Shown here piece by piece: positions 49,204 to 59,863 of a stretch of DNA of 64,000 nucleotides. A program made the position numbers and the translations under genes. Source of the DNA: Prevotella sp. GTDB taxonomy: Bacteria > Bacteroidota > Bacteroidia > Bacteroidales > Dysgonomonadaceae. Under the pieces are notes generated by a model that did no database searches, had not been told where the DNA came from, and worked only from the letters and a program-made list of their open reading frames with translations. Within the stretch, counting starts at the first letter, position 1; the number at the start of each line of letters is the position of its first letter. The stretch covers positions 39,497-103,496 of the forward strand of contig JAITVV010000067.1 in NCBI GenBank assembly GCA_031285625.1, given 5' to 3'.

Positions 49204-50159
49204 TCAATTATTTTTTCCGAGTCCTCAAAATTTATTTTTTCATCTATAATATATTCCGGCCTGCTTTTTACTTCATCAAACAAGACTCCAATGTATTGTC
49301 CCAATACACCAATAGTTAATAACTGAACTCCACCAAAGAAGATAATAAGAATAACAGTAGAAGACCAACCTGTAATTACGTCAGTAAAGTCAAAAAGATA
49401 TCCCAGCCAGACCCAAAGGGCATATATGATCCCGATAAAAAAGGCAACGGACCCCAGACTAATTGAAAGTATCAAAGGTTTTTTCGAAAAATAGAGTAAT
49501 GCCTTCTTTGCAAAAGCAAACATTTTCTTGAATGGATACTTTGTTTCTCCGGCAAAGCGTGCATCCCTATTATAATAAAATGGCACTTGTTTAAATCCGA
49601 TCCAACTGATTAAGCCCCTTATATATTTCCCTTTTTCCTTTAACCCATTAAAGGCATCGATAGCCTTTCTGTCTACAAGCCTGAAATCTCCGGTATCTTG
49701 AGGAAATTCGACTTCTGAGAGATTATTCATCGTTTTATAAAAAAGCTTTGCAGTCAATTTCTTGAAGGCAGTTTCACCATCACGTTTTTTCCTTACACAA
49801 AATACAACACTGGCTTCCTCTCTACGATGAGTTTCTACCAACTCAGGAATAAGCTCCGGAGGGTCTTGCAGATCAGCATCAATAATAACGGCTAAATCAC
49901 TTTTGCAATTATTCATTCCAGCTGTGACGGCCGGCTGGTGACCAAAATTTCTGGAAAAATGAATAACCTGTACCTTTTCGTCCTGAGAGGCTATATGGTT
50001 TAGAATATATTTTGTATTGTCTTTACTGCCATCATTGATGAAAATTATATATCCATCTGTATCTTTCAGGGAAAGCAGGGCTTGCTTTGTCCTCTTATAA
50101 AATTCTTGTATAACGGCCTCTTCGTTATAACAAGGAACAATAACAGAAAGTGTTTGCAT
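49200..50159 (-). CDS. GT2 polyprenol-phosphate glycosyltransferase (GtrB/ArnC-like)
   Basis: VIVPCYNEE, INDGSKD, FSRNFGHQ, IDADLQDPP, TGDFRL, two C-terminal TM helices, EVKSRPEY. Confidence 0.9.
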   Translation of the reverse strand: MQTLSVIVPCYNEEAVIQEFYKRTKQALLSLKDTDGYIIFINDGSKDNTKYILNHIASQDEKVQVIHFSRNFGHQPAVTAGMNNCKSDLAVIIDADLQDPPELIPELVETHRREEASVVFCVRKKRDGETAFKKLTAKLFYKTMNNLSEVEFPQDTGDFRLVDRKAIDAFNGLKEKGKYIRGLISWIGFKQVPFYYNRDARFAGETKYPFKKMFAFAKKALLYFSKKPLILSISLGSVAFFIGIIYALWVWLGYLFDFTDVITGWSSTVILIIFFGGVQLLTIGVLGQYIGVLFDEVKSRPEYIIDEKINFEDSEKIID

Positions 50160-50363
50160 ATCATTAGTTTTCTAATAGACAATACTTTGTCAATATATTA
50201 AACAGGTTATTTCAAAGAAGTCCGTTTAGTATTTCTAAATATCAAAGATAAGATAATTTTCAGTAACACTCAAGCGATTAGAAATCCTGGTTAACAAATC
50301 ACTGATAAAGTTTTTTATACTTCTCATCATTATCTGTGACTCTATAAATAAGAAACCTAGATT

Positions 50364-51512
50364 CTATGTATCTTTTTCACAAAAAAAAGTTTCAATTGAC
50401 TTTAGGATATATTTAAGATCACTCTGCGACAATTCATAAAACAATGGTAGCCGTAGTAAACAATCTGTAAATTTATCACTATTTTCCAATTCCCGTCCAT
50501 CATGTTTACCTTTGTAAAAATCGCTACTGTGAAGGCTTAAATAATGAAAAACAGCCGATATACCTCTACTTCTCAGATAGTCGATCAATAGGATTCGCTC
50601 CTCAAGCGAATTTAGAATCAAGCAAAATGTATGCGCATTATTAGTAACATATTGCGGAATCTCTGGGAAACGGAAATATCCTTTATCAACTAATGGCTTT
50701 AAAGCATCAAAATATGCATTCCAAATTTGTTTCCTCTTCAATTGGATTTCATCTAAATGTTCAATTTGGGCCCATAGAAATGCTGCAATAATTTCTGAAG
50801 GTAGAAAAGAACTACCCGTGTCAACCCAACCATATTTATTTACTTCGCCCCGAAAGAATTCAGCACGATTAGTACCCTTCTCCCAAATAATTTCTGAACG
50901 ACGAACAAAACGTTCGTCATTAACAACCAACATTCCACCCTCTCCTGAAATAATATTCTTTGTTTCATGAAAGGAGAAAGCGGCCAAATGTCCAATACCA
51001 CCTAATGCCATTTTCTTACCAGAAGAGAAGTAGTAAGAATCTATTGCTTGCGCCGCATCTTCGATAACAAGCAAATTATATTTAGCAGCTAACGACATTA
51101 TCTTTTCCATATCACAAGCCATACCTGCATAGTGTACAGGCACAATGGCTTTTGTTTGTGGAGTAATCAATGCTTCTATTGTTTCCGCATCTATATTGGG
51201 ATGATTGGTTTGACTATCGGCGAAAACGATCTTTGCTCCTTGCCTTACAAATGCCAATGCAGTTGAAACAAAGGTATAACTAGGAATAATGACTTCGTCC
51301 CCCGGTTCAATATCTGCTAATATAGCACACATCTCCAATGCATCAGTGCATGATGTCGTTAGTAAACATTTTTTAAAATTGTATTTTTCTTCAAAAAACT
51401 GTTGGCATTTTTTTGTAAATTCTCCATTCCCTGAAATTTTTCCGGAATGTATGGCTTGCTCAATATATTGAGTCTCTTTACCCGTAAGATAGGGTTTATT
51501 AAATAGTATCAT
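50364..51512 (-). CDS. wecE: dTDP-4-amino-4,6-dideoxygalactose transaminase
   Basis: ISGNGEFTKKC, LLTTSCTDALEM, EDAAQ, FSFHETKN, EKGTNR..FFRGEVNKYGWVDTGSSFLPS. Confidence 0.9.
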   Translation of the reverse strand: MILFNKPYLTGKETQYIEQAIHSGKISGNGEFTKKCQQFFEEKYNFKKCLLTTSCTDALEMCAILADIEPGDEVIIPSYTFVSTALAFVRQGAKIVFADSQTNHPNIDAETIEALITPQTKAIVPVHYAGMACDMEKIMSLAAKYNLLVIEDAAQAIDSYYFSSGKKMALGGIGHLAAFSFHETKNIISGEGGMLVVNDERFVRRSEIIWEKGTNRAEFFRGEVNKYGWVDTGSSFLPSEIIAAFLWAQIEHLDEIQLKRKQIWNAYFDALKPLVDKGYFRFPEIPQYVTNNAHTFCLILNSLEERILLIDYLRSRGISAVFHYLSLHSSDFYKGKHDGRELENSDKFTDCLLRLPLFYELSQSDLKYILKSIETFFCEKDT

Positions 51513-51543
51513 TTATCTGTTATTACTATACTTTGTTTCTACT

Positions 51544-52890
51544 TCATACTAACAGATATGCAGAATCTGGTGTATAAGTATTATCAGGTGAATAGATAAT
51601 CCAATCAGTTAATACCTCTAAAGGATATATACCCAGATCTCCCTCGTGCAAATTAGATATCCAATATGGCTGGTTCAATAATTTTCCTTTAATCTGATTA
51701 TTTTCTATAGATAACACATCATACCACAAATGTTCTTTTTCACTACCTGACTCAGGGTCATCAACAGTCAACCCCAGTTTAACAAGGAATGTCCAACCCG
51801 GTTTTTCGTCTTCTTTTGGTCCGAATAAATTCTTTAAGAAAGATTTTTTCTCAGGCTTCTTATATTCTCTTGTAAATATTCTCTCAAATGAAGAAAAACG
51901 CTCTTTAGCCAATGCGCTCATCCTGTTTGTTTCCTCATTCGTAATATAATAGATAGGATTTTCGGCAAGAGTAGAGGCATAGATTTCCGGGGAAATCATA
52001 TTTCCATCTTCTACTGCAAAAAGAATACCTGAAGGTTCGGCATGTACATTATCTGCCTCATCGCGATCAGCTGCACCTCCCAAAATATTTTTTGGAAGAT
52101 CTTTTAATGCTTCTTCCCACCTTAGCCAGCAAAGATTGATCCCCATCCCGTCATATCCAATAGTGAATCTTTCCTTTTCTTTAGCCGGATCTGACAAGAA
52201 TTTCTTCACCGTCATATTTATCAGTGTATTCATTTGCTCTGCACCCTGGCTAAAGTTAAGCATCTCCAGTTCGACCGAACCACAACGATGCAACCCATGT
52301 GTATGGAACCAATAGCGACGATTACCATTTTCACCATCTTCATCGTATACACAATGCAAAGTGTACAAATAGTCAGGAGAAGGCGGTACAGCAGAATCGG
52401 CTGCCATACTTAGCCACTTCGCCGAAAGGAGCCTATAGGACATAAAATCAATAACCAGACTTGCATCCGGAACGATTGCATTCAATACCTTCAGCTGCAA
52501 ATGGAACGAACTAAGCGGATCGAGCTCAAAATACATCGATGTTTCCAAAAAATATTCTTGTTCGGTCGCTTTCTGTATCGAAGCCTCATCTATGGAATTG
52601 GCAAAGCCATAGTCATTGAGATTTATATTTTTTGTTTCACAAACATATAAATCTATATTGAAAGTAGCTTCTTGATATTCGATTTCAGCATTGAAACTCA
52701 TAACAGAAAATTCTATATCTACTTCCGCTTTATTGAATGATACTAATTTAAAATCTTTATTAAGAGCTAGTGATTTTTCTATTTGTGCAGCTTCGAATTT
52801 AAAATTCTTATTTCCGGGATAAATTCCCATTGAAGAGGCCAGCCCAGTTTCACCTTCAGCCAACAAGTCATATTTTTCCTGATTATCCAT
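51544..52890 (-). CDS. DUF4026-like protein with C-terminal DUF2314-like domain
   Basis: WFHTHGLHRCG.ELE; C-terminal KEHLW...GKLLNQPY...LTDW. Confidence 0.7.
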   Translation of the reverse strand: MDNQEKYDLLAEGETGLASSMGIYPGNKNFKFEAAQIEKSLALNKDFKLVSFNKAEVDIEFSVMSFNAEIEYQEATFNIDLYVCETKNINLNDYGFANSIDEASIQKATEQEYFLETSMYFELDPLSSFHLQLKVLNAIVPDASLVIDFMSYRLLSAKWLSMAADSAVPPSPDYLYTLHCVYDEDGENGNRRYWFHTHGLHRCGSVELEMLNFSQGAEQMNTLINMTVKKFLSDPAKEKERFTIGYDGMGINLCWLRWEEALKDLPKNILGGAADRDEADNVHAEPSGILFAVEDGNMISPEIYASTLAENPIYYITNEETNRMSALAKERFSSFERIFTREYKKPEKKSFLKNLFGPKEDEKPGWTFLVKLGLTVDDPESGSEKEHLWYDVLSIENNQIKGKLLNQPYWISNLHEGDLGIYPLEVLTDWIIYSPDNTYTPDSAYLLV

Positions 52891-53090
52891 AGTTGAAAAT
52901 AATGATGTGTAAGTTTTTCGATTAATTATTAGTTGTTCTTAGCGACCCTGTACAATAATAAGATAGTCATGCATTTACTCGCTATTTGAAAGCATTCTTT
53001 TTTTATATACACAAACTTAGTGAAAATATCAGTAGATATAACTAATCGAATAACGTTTTTGTATTAATTCTGCCAGAATCTTTTACATAA

Positions 53091-53118
53091 AAAAAGACTG
53101 CCCTATAGACAGCCTTTT
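53091..53118 (-). terminator. Intrinsic terminator at the end of the susCD-GH97 operon
   Basis: Minus strand AAGGCTGTC-TATA-GGGCAGTCTT followed by T-run. Confidence 0.7.
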
Positions 53119-53135
53119 CCAAGTTAACCCTAAAA

Positions 53136-55133
53136 TTATTGTTTGAGGATCATTATAGCTGTTCCTCCACTCGTGGCCAGTTCTAATTTTAGAACTGTAT
53201 CGGATGTCACATCCAATTCTTCTATTTCTACCCGATAAGGATTTGTCTTATAGTCAGCATCCTTACCATCTTTGAATATCTTAGCTTTATATTTTGCTCC
53301 GTTATCAAGGAATGTGAGAGGTAATGACAAATTGCGTTTTTCTGCATTTGTTATACTGCCTATAAACCAGTTTTCACTATCCCTGTCTTTACGTGCAATG
53401 GTTACATATTCTCCTATCTTAGCATCCGGCACTACAGTCTTCGCCCAGTTAGCAGGGCAAGAAGTTATAAATTCAAACTCAGGCCTGTTTTCGTAGTTTT
53501 CAATCATATCCGATGCCATCTGTAACGGACTGTATATGACTACCGAAAGAGCCAGTTGCTTAGCTATAGTAGTCTGTACCCGTGTATTAGGAAATACAGG
53601 ATTGGAGAAGTTGAATGTACCCGGTGTAAAGTCCATAGGTCCGGCCAGTCCGCGAGTAAACGGAATAATCGTTGTATGTTCGGGAGGATTGCCACCATCC
53701 TGAGACCATGCATCATATTCCTGTCCACGTAACCCTTCCTGTGTCATCAGATTAGGCCATGTACGCTGTAGCCCTGTAGGCATCACCGGTTCATGATTAT
53801 CTATCATTATATGATATTTAGCCGCAGTTTCTATCACCTTACGGTAGTGGCGAACTGCATATTGACTGCTATGCATTTCTTTTCCATCCAATAATGGGCT
53901 CACATAACCTGTTTTCACAGCATTTACTCCATACCTCTGATATAGAGAAAAAGCACTATCCAACTGGTTTTCGTAATTAACTGTAGAGCCTCCGGTTTCG
54001 TGATGACCTACCAACCTTACGTTTTTCATTGCTGCATACTTTGTAATCTTTTCCAGATCAAAATCAGAATATGCTTTTGTAAAACTGAATTTATCACCTT
54101 CCTTTGTCCAGTCATTCTGCCAGCCATCATTCCATCCCTCAACCAATACACCAGAGAACCCGTGTTTTGCTGCGAAATCAATATATCTAATTGTATTTTC
54201 GGTAGTTGCTCCATGCTTAGGCCCCTGGTACCATGTATATTTTTCCATATGCATCCCCCACCAGATACCAATATAACGTCCCGGTTTGATCCAGGAAGTG
54301 TCCTCAATCTCACAAGGCTCATTCAGGTTGAGCATCAGACGGGAAAGAATTAGATCACCCGGCTTATTTGCAATAATAATTGTTCTCCATGGGGTGACTC
54401 CCGGAGCTTTCATAAATACCTTCTCTCCAGTAGACCATGGACTCAGATAAGTTTTTAGCACAGAAGTGTTATTCTCCGGCATAAGGTTCATAGCTGCGTA
54501 ATCAGTCAGATTAGCTTCGTGAATAGTCAGATATAAACCATCTTTAGTTTCCATTGTTAAAGGTGTACATACCGTATCCAGTTCATTTGCAGGAGCAGCT
54601 TTATATAAGCCCTCATAGTACTCAGTATCATATGGTATAGACCATGCTTTATGATTATCAGCTAAAGCAAATTCAGTCAATTCATCCATTATGATAAAAT
54701 CTTTCAGGTTTTCCTGTTCAGGAAATTCATACCGAAACCCTACACCATCATCGAAGACCCGAAATACAACTGATAATTTACGTTTTAATCCGGCAGATTC
54801 TTCCATATCCACCTTCAACTGGTTATATTTATTATCCACTGTTGTTTCCTCTCCCCATGACTGAGTCCATGTATCGCTGAAAGAAGATTCCTCAATATTT
54901 GTAATCTTAAAGTTCTTATTAAGTTCTGAGTCCTTTAGCACAAAGCCCAAAAGAGATTTATTTAATATTACCTTGTCATTTTTGTCTACAGAGTAATATA
55001 ATTTTCCTTCTTCTATTCCCACATGCACACGAATACTTCCATCCGGAGATGAAACTAATGGTTGTTTATTATCCGAAGAGCATGCTGTGAAGCAGATAAG
55101 TGCTAAAAAGAGTAGTTTTAGTAGCTGTTTCAT
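53136..55133 (-). CDS. GH97 alpha-glucosidase lipoprotein, inverting SusB-like subtype
   Basis: Lipobox FTAC; YIGIWWGMH, HGATTEN, GVLVEGWN, GHHET, AVKTGYV, EGLRGQEY, GPMDFTPG. Confidence 0.9.
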   Translation of the reverse strand: MKQLLKLLFLALICFTACSSDNKQPLVSSPDGSIRVHVGIEEGKLYYSVDKNDKVILNKSLLGFVLKDSELNKNFKITNIEESSFSDTWTQSWGEETTVDNKYNQLKVDMEESAGLKRKLSVVFRVFDDGVGFRYEFPEQENLKDFIIMDELTEFALADNHKAWSIPYDTEYYEGLYKAAPANELDTVCTPLTMETKDGLYLTIHEANLTDYAAMNLMPENNTSVLKTYLSPWSTGEKVFMKAPGVTPWRTIIIANKPGDLILSRLMLNLNEPCEIEDTSWIKPGRYIGIWWGMHMEKYTWYQGPKHGATTENTIRYIDFAAKHGFSGVLVEGWNDGWQNDWTKEGDKFSFTKAYSDFDLEKITKYAAMKNVRLVGHHETGGSTVNYENQLDSAFSLYQRYGVNAVKTGYVSPLLDGKEMHSSQYAVRHYRKVIETAAKYHIMIDNHEPVMPTGLQRTWPNLMTQEGLRGQEYDAWSQDGGNPPEHTTIIPFTRGLAGPMDFTPGTFNFSNPVFPNTRVQTTIAKQLALSVVIYSPLQMASDMIENYENRPEFEFITSCPANWAKTVVPDAKIGEYVTIARKDRDSENWFIGSITNAEKRNLSLPLTFLDNGAKYKAKIFKDGKDADYKTNPYRVEIEELDVTSDTVLKLELATSGGTAIMILKQ

Positions 55134-55155
55134 AAATTATATTTTTTGCATAAAA

Positions 55156-55190
55156 GAGTACGGACATAGATAAATCCATGATCCGCACTC
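55156..55190 (-). terminator. Hairpin between susD and GH97 (partial terminator or processing site)
   Basis: GAGTGCGGA...TCCGTACTC followed by TTTT on the minus strand. Confidence 0.55.
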
Positions 55191-55201
55191 AACCTTAAAA
55201 T

Positions 55202-56722
55202 CTAATAACCCGGATTTTGTTTTAGGTTTTTATTCAATTGTAATTGTGATACCGGAATTGGACATAAACCTCTTGTCTTATCTGATGCTTCTTTTTGCCA
55301 CCAAGGCTCGAAGAATGTACCAAAACGGATATTTACCGTACGGCGTATTCCTTCAAACACAAATTCGTGTCTCCATTCTTTATCCAACGATTCTAATGTA
55401 AGATCGGAAAGATCTGTCAGACCTGCCCTGTTTCTCAACTCATTAACTAGAGGCAGAGCACTTGATTTCGAACCCATACGGAAAAGGGCTTCAGCCTTAG
55501 ACATCACTATTTCTGCATAGCGAATCAAAACAAGATCATGGTCGCGTTCCCATTGGTCATCTGCTTTAACTTCATACTTATGAAGACGAGCTCCTTCATT
55601 CTGAGGTGACTCCATTATAGTTGTTATTTCTTCAGTATAATCTAAAGGCATACCGTTCGCCATCTTGATTACTTCCCCTGTAGCCAAACTGATTTGAGGG
55701 CCAATAAGTAATGAATTGCGACGTATATCATTTGCATCGAAAGAAGAATACAGACCCGGTTGTGCACAGATACCATTACCACACCATGGGTAGCTGCCAT
55801 CTTTAGAGAAAGCATATTTTTGCTCATAGTGGTATGTCATCGATGCCAGATAATTACCTACAGTTCCGGCTTTGTGATCGTAAGGTACAGAGAAGATTAT
55901 TTCATTCGAAATTTCATTGTTTGTCTTGAAACTTTCAAAATAGTTATCCTCGATTATATATCCTGTTACTTTGTCGCAAGCATTGACACAATCCTGCCAG
56001 CGTGGAGTTCCTGTATATACTTCTGCATTCAGATACAAGCGAGCCAATATACTATATGCAACACCTTGTGTAAATTTGCTGTAAGTTTTGGTAGCAGGCA
56101 ACAAATCTACAATAGCTTTCAACTCATCTTCTACAAACTTGAAAACTTCTTCACGTGGTGTATTAGCCGGATATTCCGCATCTTTTTTAAATTCAGTTAC
56201 CAATGGTACATTTCCAAACTGATCAAGTAACAGATAGTAGTAATAAGCACGAAGCCCCCTAAGCTCAGCATTTGTTTTATCTTTCGCCTCTTTGGTCATA
56301 AGAGATTGCTCAACCTGATATATAGCTGCATTTATGGTAGCAATACCTTGGTAGCAATATTTCCAGTTAGCAGAGAATAAGACATTATTGGCAGTCCAGG
56401 TATGTTGTTGAAGCTCGCGATACCTGCCCCCGTCACCCCAGTCTCCTCCCACACGTGTGGGAATAGTTGCTTCATCGGATACACACTCGTTGACAAAGAA
56501 TATGAACTCACCTGTTGGATAACAGTTTGTTCCACCCTTGTCAGAATCACTAAAACCTCTTAATGTAGTATAAGCCCCTGAAATTACAGCTTGCATCTCT
56601 TTTTCAGATTTGCCTGTACCATCCATCGGGTTCCTATCATATACCGTTTCATCTAGATTGGTACAGGAAGAAACTGTTAATATAGCAGTTAATGCTAAGA
56701 GTGATAATATTTTATTTTTCAT
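55202..56722 (-). CDS. susD: SusD/RagB family glycan-binding lipoprotein
   Basis: Lipobox VSSC; LRAYYYYLLLDQFGNVPL, LARLYLNAEVY, IRYAEI, EFVFEGIRR, C-terminal QNPGY. Confidence 0.95.
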   Translation of the reverse strand: MKNKILSLLALTAILTVSSCTNLDETVYDRNPMDGTGKSEKEMQAVISGAYTTLRGFSDSDKGGTNCYPTGEFIFFVNECVSDEATIPTRVGGDWGDGGRYRELQQHTWTANNVLFSANWKYCYQGIATINAAIYQVEQSLMTKEAKDKTNAELRGLRAYYYYLLLDQFGNVPLVTEFKKDAEYPANTPREEVFKFVEDELKAIVDLLPATKTYSKFTQGVAYSILARLYLNAEVYTGTPRWQDCVNACDKVTGYIIEDNYFESFKTNNEISNEIIFSVPYDHKAGTVGNYLASMTYHYEQKYAFSKDGSYPWCGNGICAQPGLYSSFDANDIRRNSLLIGPQISLATGEVIKMANGMPLDYTEEITTIMESPQNEGARLHKYEVKADDQWERDHDLVLIRYAEIVMSKAEALFRMGSKSSALPLVNELRNRAGLTDLSDLTLESLDKEWRHEFVFEGIRRTVNIRFGTFFEPWWQKEASDKTRGLCPIPVSQLQLNKNLKQNPGY

Positions 56723-56742
56723 AATTTTTCAGTTTTCAATGA

Positions 56743-59706
56743 TTAGAATGAAAGATTTACACCAAATGAGAATGTAGTTGGACGCGGATAAGAATCGAAA
56801 CGATCGATACCTGGAGAAGCCGTAACATCGCCGCTGCTGCTCATTCGAAGATCTGTTCTCACCTCAGGATCTATACCCGAATATCCTGTAATTACAAATA
56901 AGTTTTCTCCGGTCACATAAAATCTGATCTTATCAAATCCTACTTTCTTCATATCCATAGGCAATGTATATCCTAATGTAACTGATTGCAGGCGGAAGAA
57001 TGAACCATTTTCTACCCAATAGCTAGAAAACTTAGGATCCTGTGCACTGGATATACCTGATGTAGATAAGTCTTTTAGTATATTTTGGCTTTGAACGCGG
57101 GCAATATTTGAAAGCCCCATTGCTGTTCCGTTCAATACCTTTTGTCCAAACATACCATAGCCAGAGATATTCATATCAAAATGACGATATGTAAAGTTCA
57201 TTGCTATACCCAAATTCACCTTAGGCTGTGCACTTCCTAAATACTCATCTACCGGATTACCATCGGCATCTCTATTGTCGAATATATATTTACCATCGGC
57301 ATCTATACCACTACACTTTGGTCCATAAAATGCTCCTAATGGATAACCTTCCATTATGCGTTGGCTATAAACCCCTGAGAAACCTTGTAAACCATGTAAA
57401 GAACCAATTGCAAAACCATCAGAACTAAATGAACTGTTAGATAGTTTAGTTATTTCCTGGTCATTATAAGAGAATGTCAGATTTGTATCCCATGAGAAAT
57501 CTTTTGTTTTTATAATATTGCTACCCAATGTAAGCTCAATACCCTTGTTAGAAAGAGTTCCTACATTCGCAAGCATCGTATTTCTCAGATAAGGGGGCTG
57601 AGCTACAAGATATGTCCATAATAGATCTTTTGTTTTTTTACTATATAGTTCTATCGAACCGCTTACTCTGTTGAATAATGAGAAATCGATACCCACATTG
57701 AACTGCTGGGTAGATTCCCATTTTAAGTCAGGATTAGAGTTCTGTGCAGGCACATAAGAGTTTATCCACTGACCTGTAGACGGATCCATATAAGAAGTCG
57801 TAGAAAGTAATGGAAGCGATTTATATTCACCTATATCACCTTGATTACCAGTAACACCATAACCAACGCGAAGTTTCAGATTATCAAGCCATGATGAAGT
57901 GCCTTCCATAAATGCTTCTTCCGATACTCTCCATGCCACAGATACAGAAGGAAACAAACCCCATTTATTATTATCTCCGAAACGGGAAGAACCATCATTA
58001 CGCAGTGTTGCTGTCATCATATATTTATTCTTCAAGCTGTAATTCACACGTCCGAAGAATGAAACCAGATTTGCTTTAGATCTGTAAGAAGATACATCTC
58101 CCTGTCTGATATCAGACCCTGCAGCCATATTGTTATAAGAGAACTCATCTGTATCATATCCACGACGAACCGAACCAAATCCTTCTGCCACATATTCAAG
58201 ATATGAATAACCAGCCATAAGGTTCAACCTGTTATCTTTATTGATTTCTTTATCATATGTCAGATATGTCTCTAACTGCATATTGCGTGTCTCATCCATA
58301 TTCCTTTGTGCGCGTCCCTTTTCAGTCTCACCGTCTAGTTTTGCGTAAGTTGGTACATAAAGGCGAGTCTGTAATGAATTATATTCATAAGAACCATTTG
58401 CCGAAGCCTTCAACCCATCAATTATAGATAGCTCTACTTTTCCATATCCTAAAAAGCGAGTACGTGAATTTGAGGCATTTCTGTTAGTTGCAATTTCAAG
58501 AGGATTTTCAGTATTGGTTCCGGCAATCTGGGTAAAGTTGCCGTTCTCATCGTATACAGGAGTTGTTGGATTCTGATTAGCAATACGTTCAAACACACGG
58601 CTATCGTATGGTTGCCAGTTATCACGGCTACCAGACACACCCGCTTCAAGTTTCAGACGTCTGTTCAAACCATACTGGTGAGCAGATACGCTACCAGCCA
58701 GCCTGTTCATACGGCTTTCTTTCATTACTCCCTGGCTATTCAGGTAAGTAATGGAAGCACTATAACCGCTTTCCTTGCTTACATTGCTGAAATAGATATT
58801 ATGTGAATGGGTAAATGCCGTACGTTCCAATTCTTTTTGCCAATCTGTGTCTGCACCATAGTCTACAGGATTGCTGATATTATTATCTTTTACATATGAT
58901 CTCCATTCACTTGCAGAAAGAAAATCAAGATGTTTTGGTGCATATCCTACTGCGGCATAACCATTATATTGGATACTGCGTGACTCCCTGTCACTTGAAC
59001 GGCTTGTAGTAATAATGATAACACCATTGGCACCACGAGAACCATATATAGCTGACGATGAAGCATCTTTCAGCACATCGATAGATAAAATTTCTGATGG
59101 CTGCACTGTATTGATATCAACTCCAGGTATACCATCAACCACGATTAATGGAGAGTTGCTGGCTGCCAAAGATGTTCCTCCTCTCAAACGGATAGAAGCT
59201 CCTGCTGAAGGATCTCCTGAACTCTGCACAACAGACAATCCGGATATTTTACCTTGCAATACTTGTTCTGCGGAAGTAATAACCCCTTTCTTCAAATCAT
59301 CCTGTCCTACTGAGGCTATAGAGCCGGTAAGATCTGATTTACGCATAGTTCCATAACCGACACCGACAATTACAGTTTCCTGTAAAGCTATAGCATTCTC
59401 GGTAAGAACTATCTTCATACCTGCTCCTGCTGTAGCCGTAATCGGATTAAATCCTATATACGAAAACTCAAGAGTACTTCCTGACGGGCAGTTTAATTCA
59501 AAATTACCATCCAGATCGGTCAAGGTACCTATTGTGGAATTTCCTTCTACCTTGACAGTAACTCCGGTTAAAGGATCATTATTCTCATCTGTAACAACTC
59601 CTGTCGCTGTAACATTCTGCGCAGATAATTGCATACTCATTCCTGTAAAAAACAATGCAAAAAAGAATAAGCGCATCAAATATTTATGTAATTCGTTCAA
59701 TTTCAT
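56743..59706 (-). CDS. susC: SusC/RagA family TonB-dependent transporter
   Basis: VGYGT.RKSDLTGSI, IRLRG..SL, PLIVVDG, VLKDASSSAIYGSRGANGVIIITT, DGSSRFG, LKWE, YPRPTTFSFGVNLSF. Confidence 0.96.
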   Translation of the reverse strand: MKLNELHKYLMRLFFFALFFTGMSMQLSAQNVTATGVVTDENNDPLTGVTVKVEGNSTIGTLTDLDGNFELNCPSGSTLEFSYIGFNPITATAGAGMKIVLTENAIALQETVIVGVGYGTMRKSDLTGSIASVGQDDLKKGVITSAEQVLQGKISGLSVVQSSGDPSAGASIRLRGGTSLAASNSPLIVVDGIPGVDINTVQPSEILSIDVLKDASSSAIYGSRGANGVIIITTSRSSDRESRSIQYNGYAAVGYAPKHLDFLSASEWRSYVKDNNISNPVDYGADTDWQKELERTAFTHSHNIYFSNVSKESGYSASITYLNSQGVMKESRMNRLAGSVSAHQYGLNRRLKLEAGVSGSRDNWQPYDSRVFERIANQNPTTPVYDENGNFTQIAGTNTENPLEIATNRNASNSRTRFLGYGKVELSIIDGLKASANGSYEYNSLQTRLYVPTYAKLDGETEKGRAQRNMDETRNMQLETYLTYDKEINKDNRLNLMAGYSYLEYVAEGFGSVRRGYDTDEFSYNNMAAGSDIRQGDVSSYRSKANLVSFFGRVNYSLKNKYMMTATLRNDGSSRFGDNNKWGLFPSVSVAWRVSEEAFMEGTSSWLDNLKLRVGYGVTGNQGDIGEYKSLPLLSTTSYMDPSTGQWINSYVPAQNSNPDLKWESTQQFNVGIDFSLFNRVSGSIELYSKKTKDLLWTYLVAQPPYLRNTMLANVGTLSNKGIELTLGSNIIKTKDFSWDTNLTFSYNDQEITKLSNSSFSSDGFAIGSLHGLQGFSGVYSQRIMEGYPLGAFYGPKCSGIDADGKYIFDNRDADGNPVDEYLGSAQPKVNLGIAMNFTYRHFDMNISGYGMFGQKVLNGTAMGLSNIARVQSQNILKDLSTSGISSAQDPKFSSYWVENGSFFRLQSVTLGYTLPMDMKKVGFDKIRFYVTGENLFVITGYSGIDPEVRTDLRMSSSGDVTASPGIDRFDSYPRPTTFSFGVNLSF

Positions 59707-59722
59707 AGGTTTCTCATTTTAA

Positions 59723-59863
59723 TTATAGATTTAAGACTTTGTTAATAGAACATTTATCTGTCAATTTATGACTCAAGCCGGGGAGACTTACATCACTGGT
59801 ATCACTACGAGCTACAAACAACAACATGATAGCCTGAATAAAATGCGTTGATAAGACTTTCAT
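59723..59863 (-). other. 46-codon upstream ORF in the susC 5' leader
   Basis: MKVLSTHFIQAIMLLFVARSDTSDVSLPGLSHKLTDKCSINKVLNL*, lying between the TACATTTG box (59944-59951) and the susC ATG, ending 16 nt before it. Confidence 0.35.
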
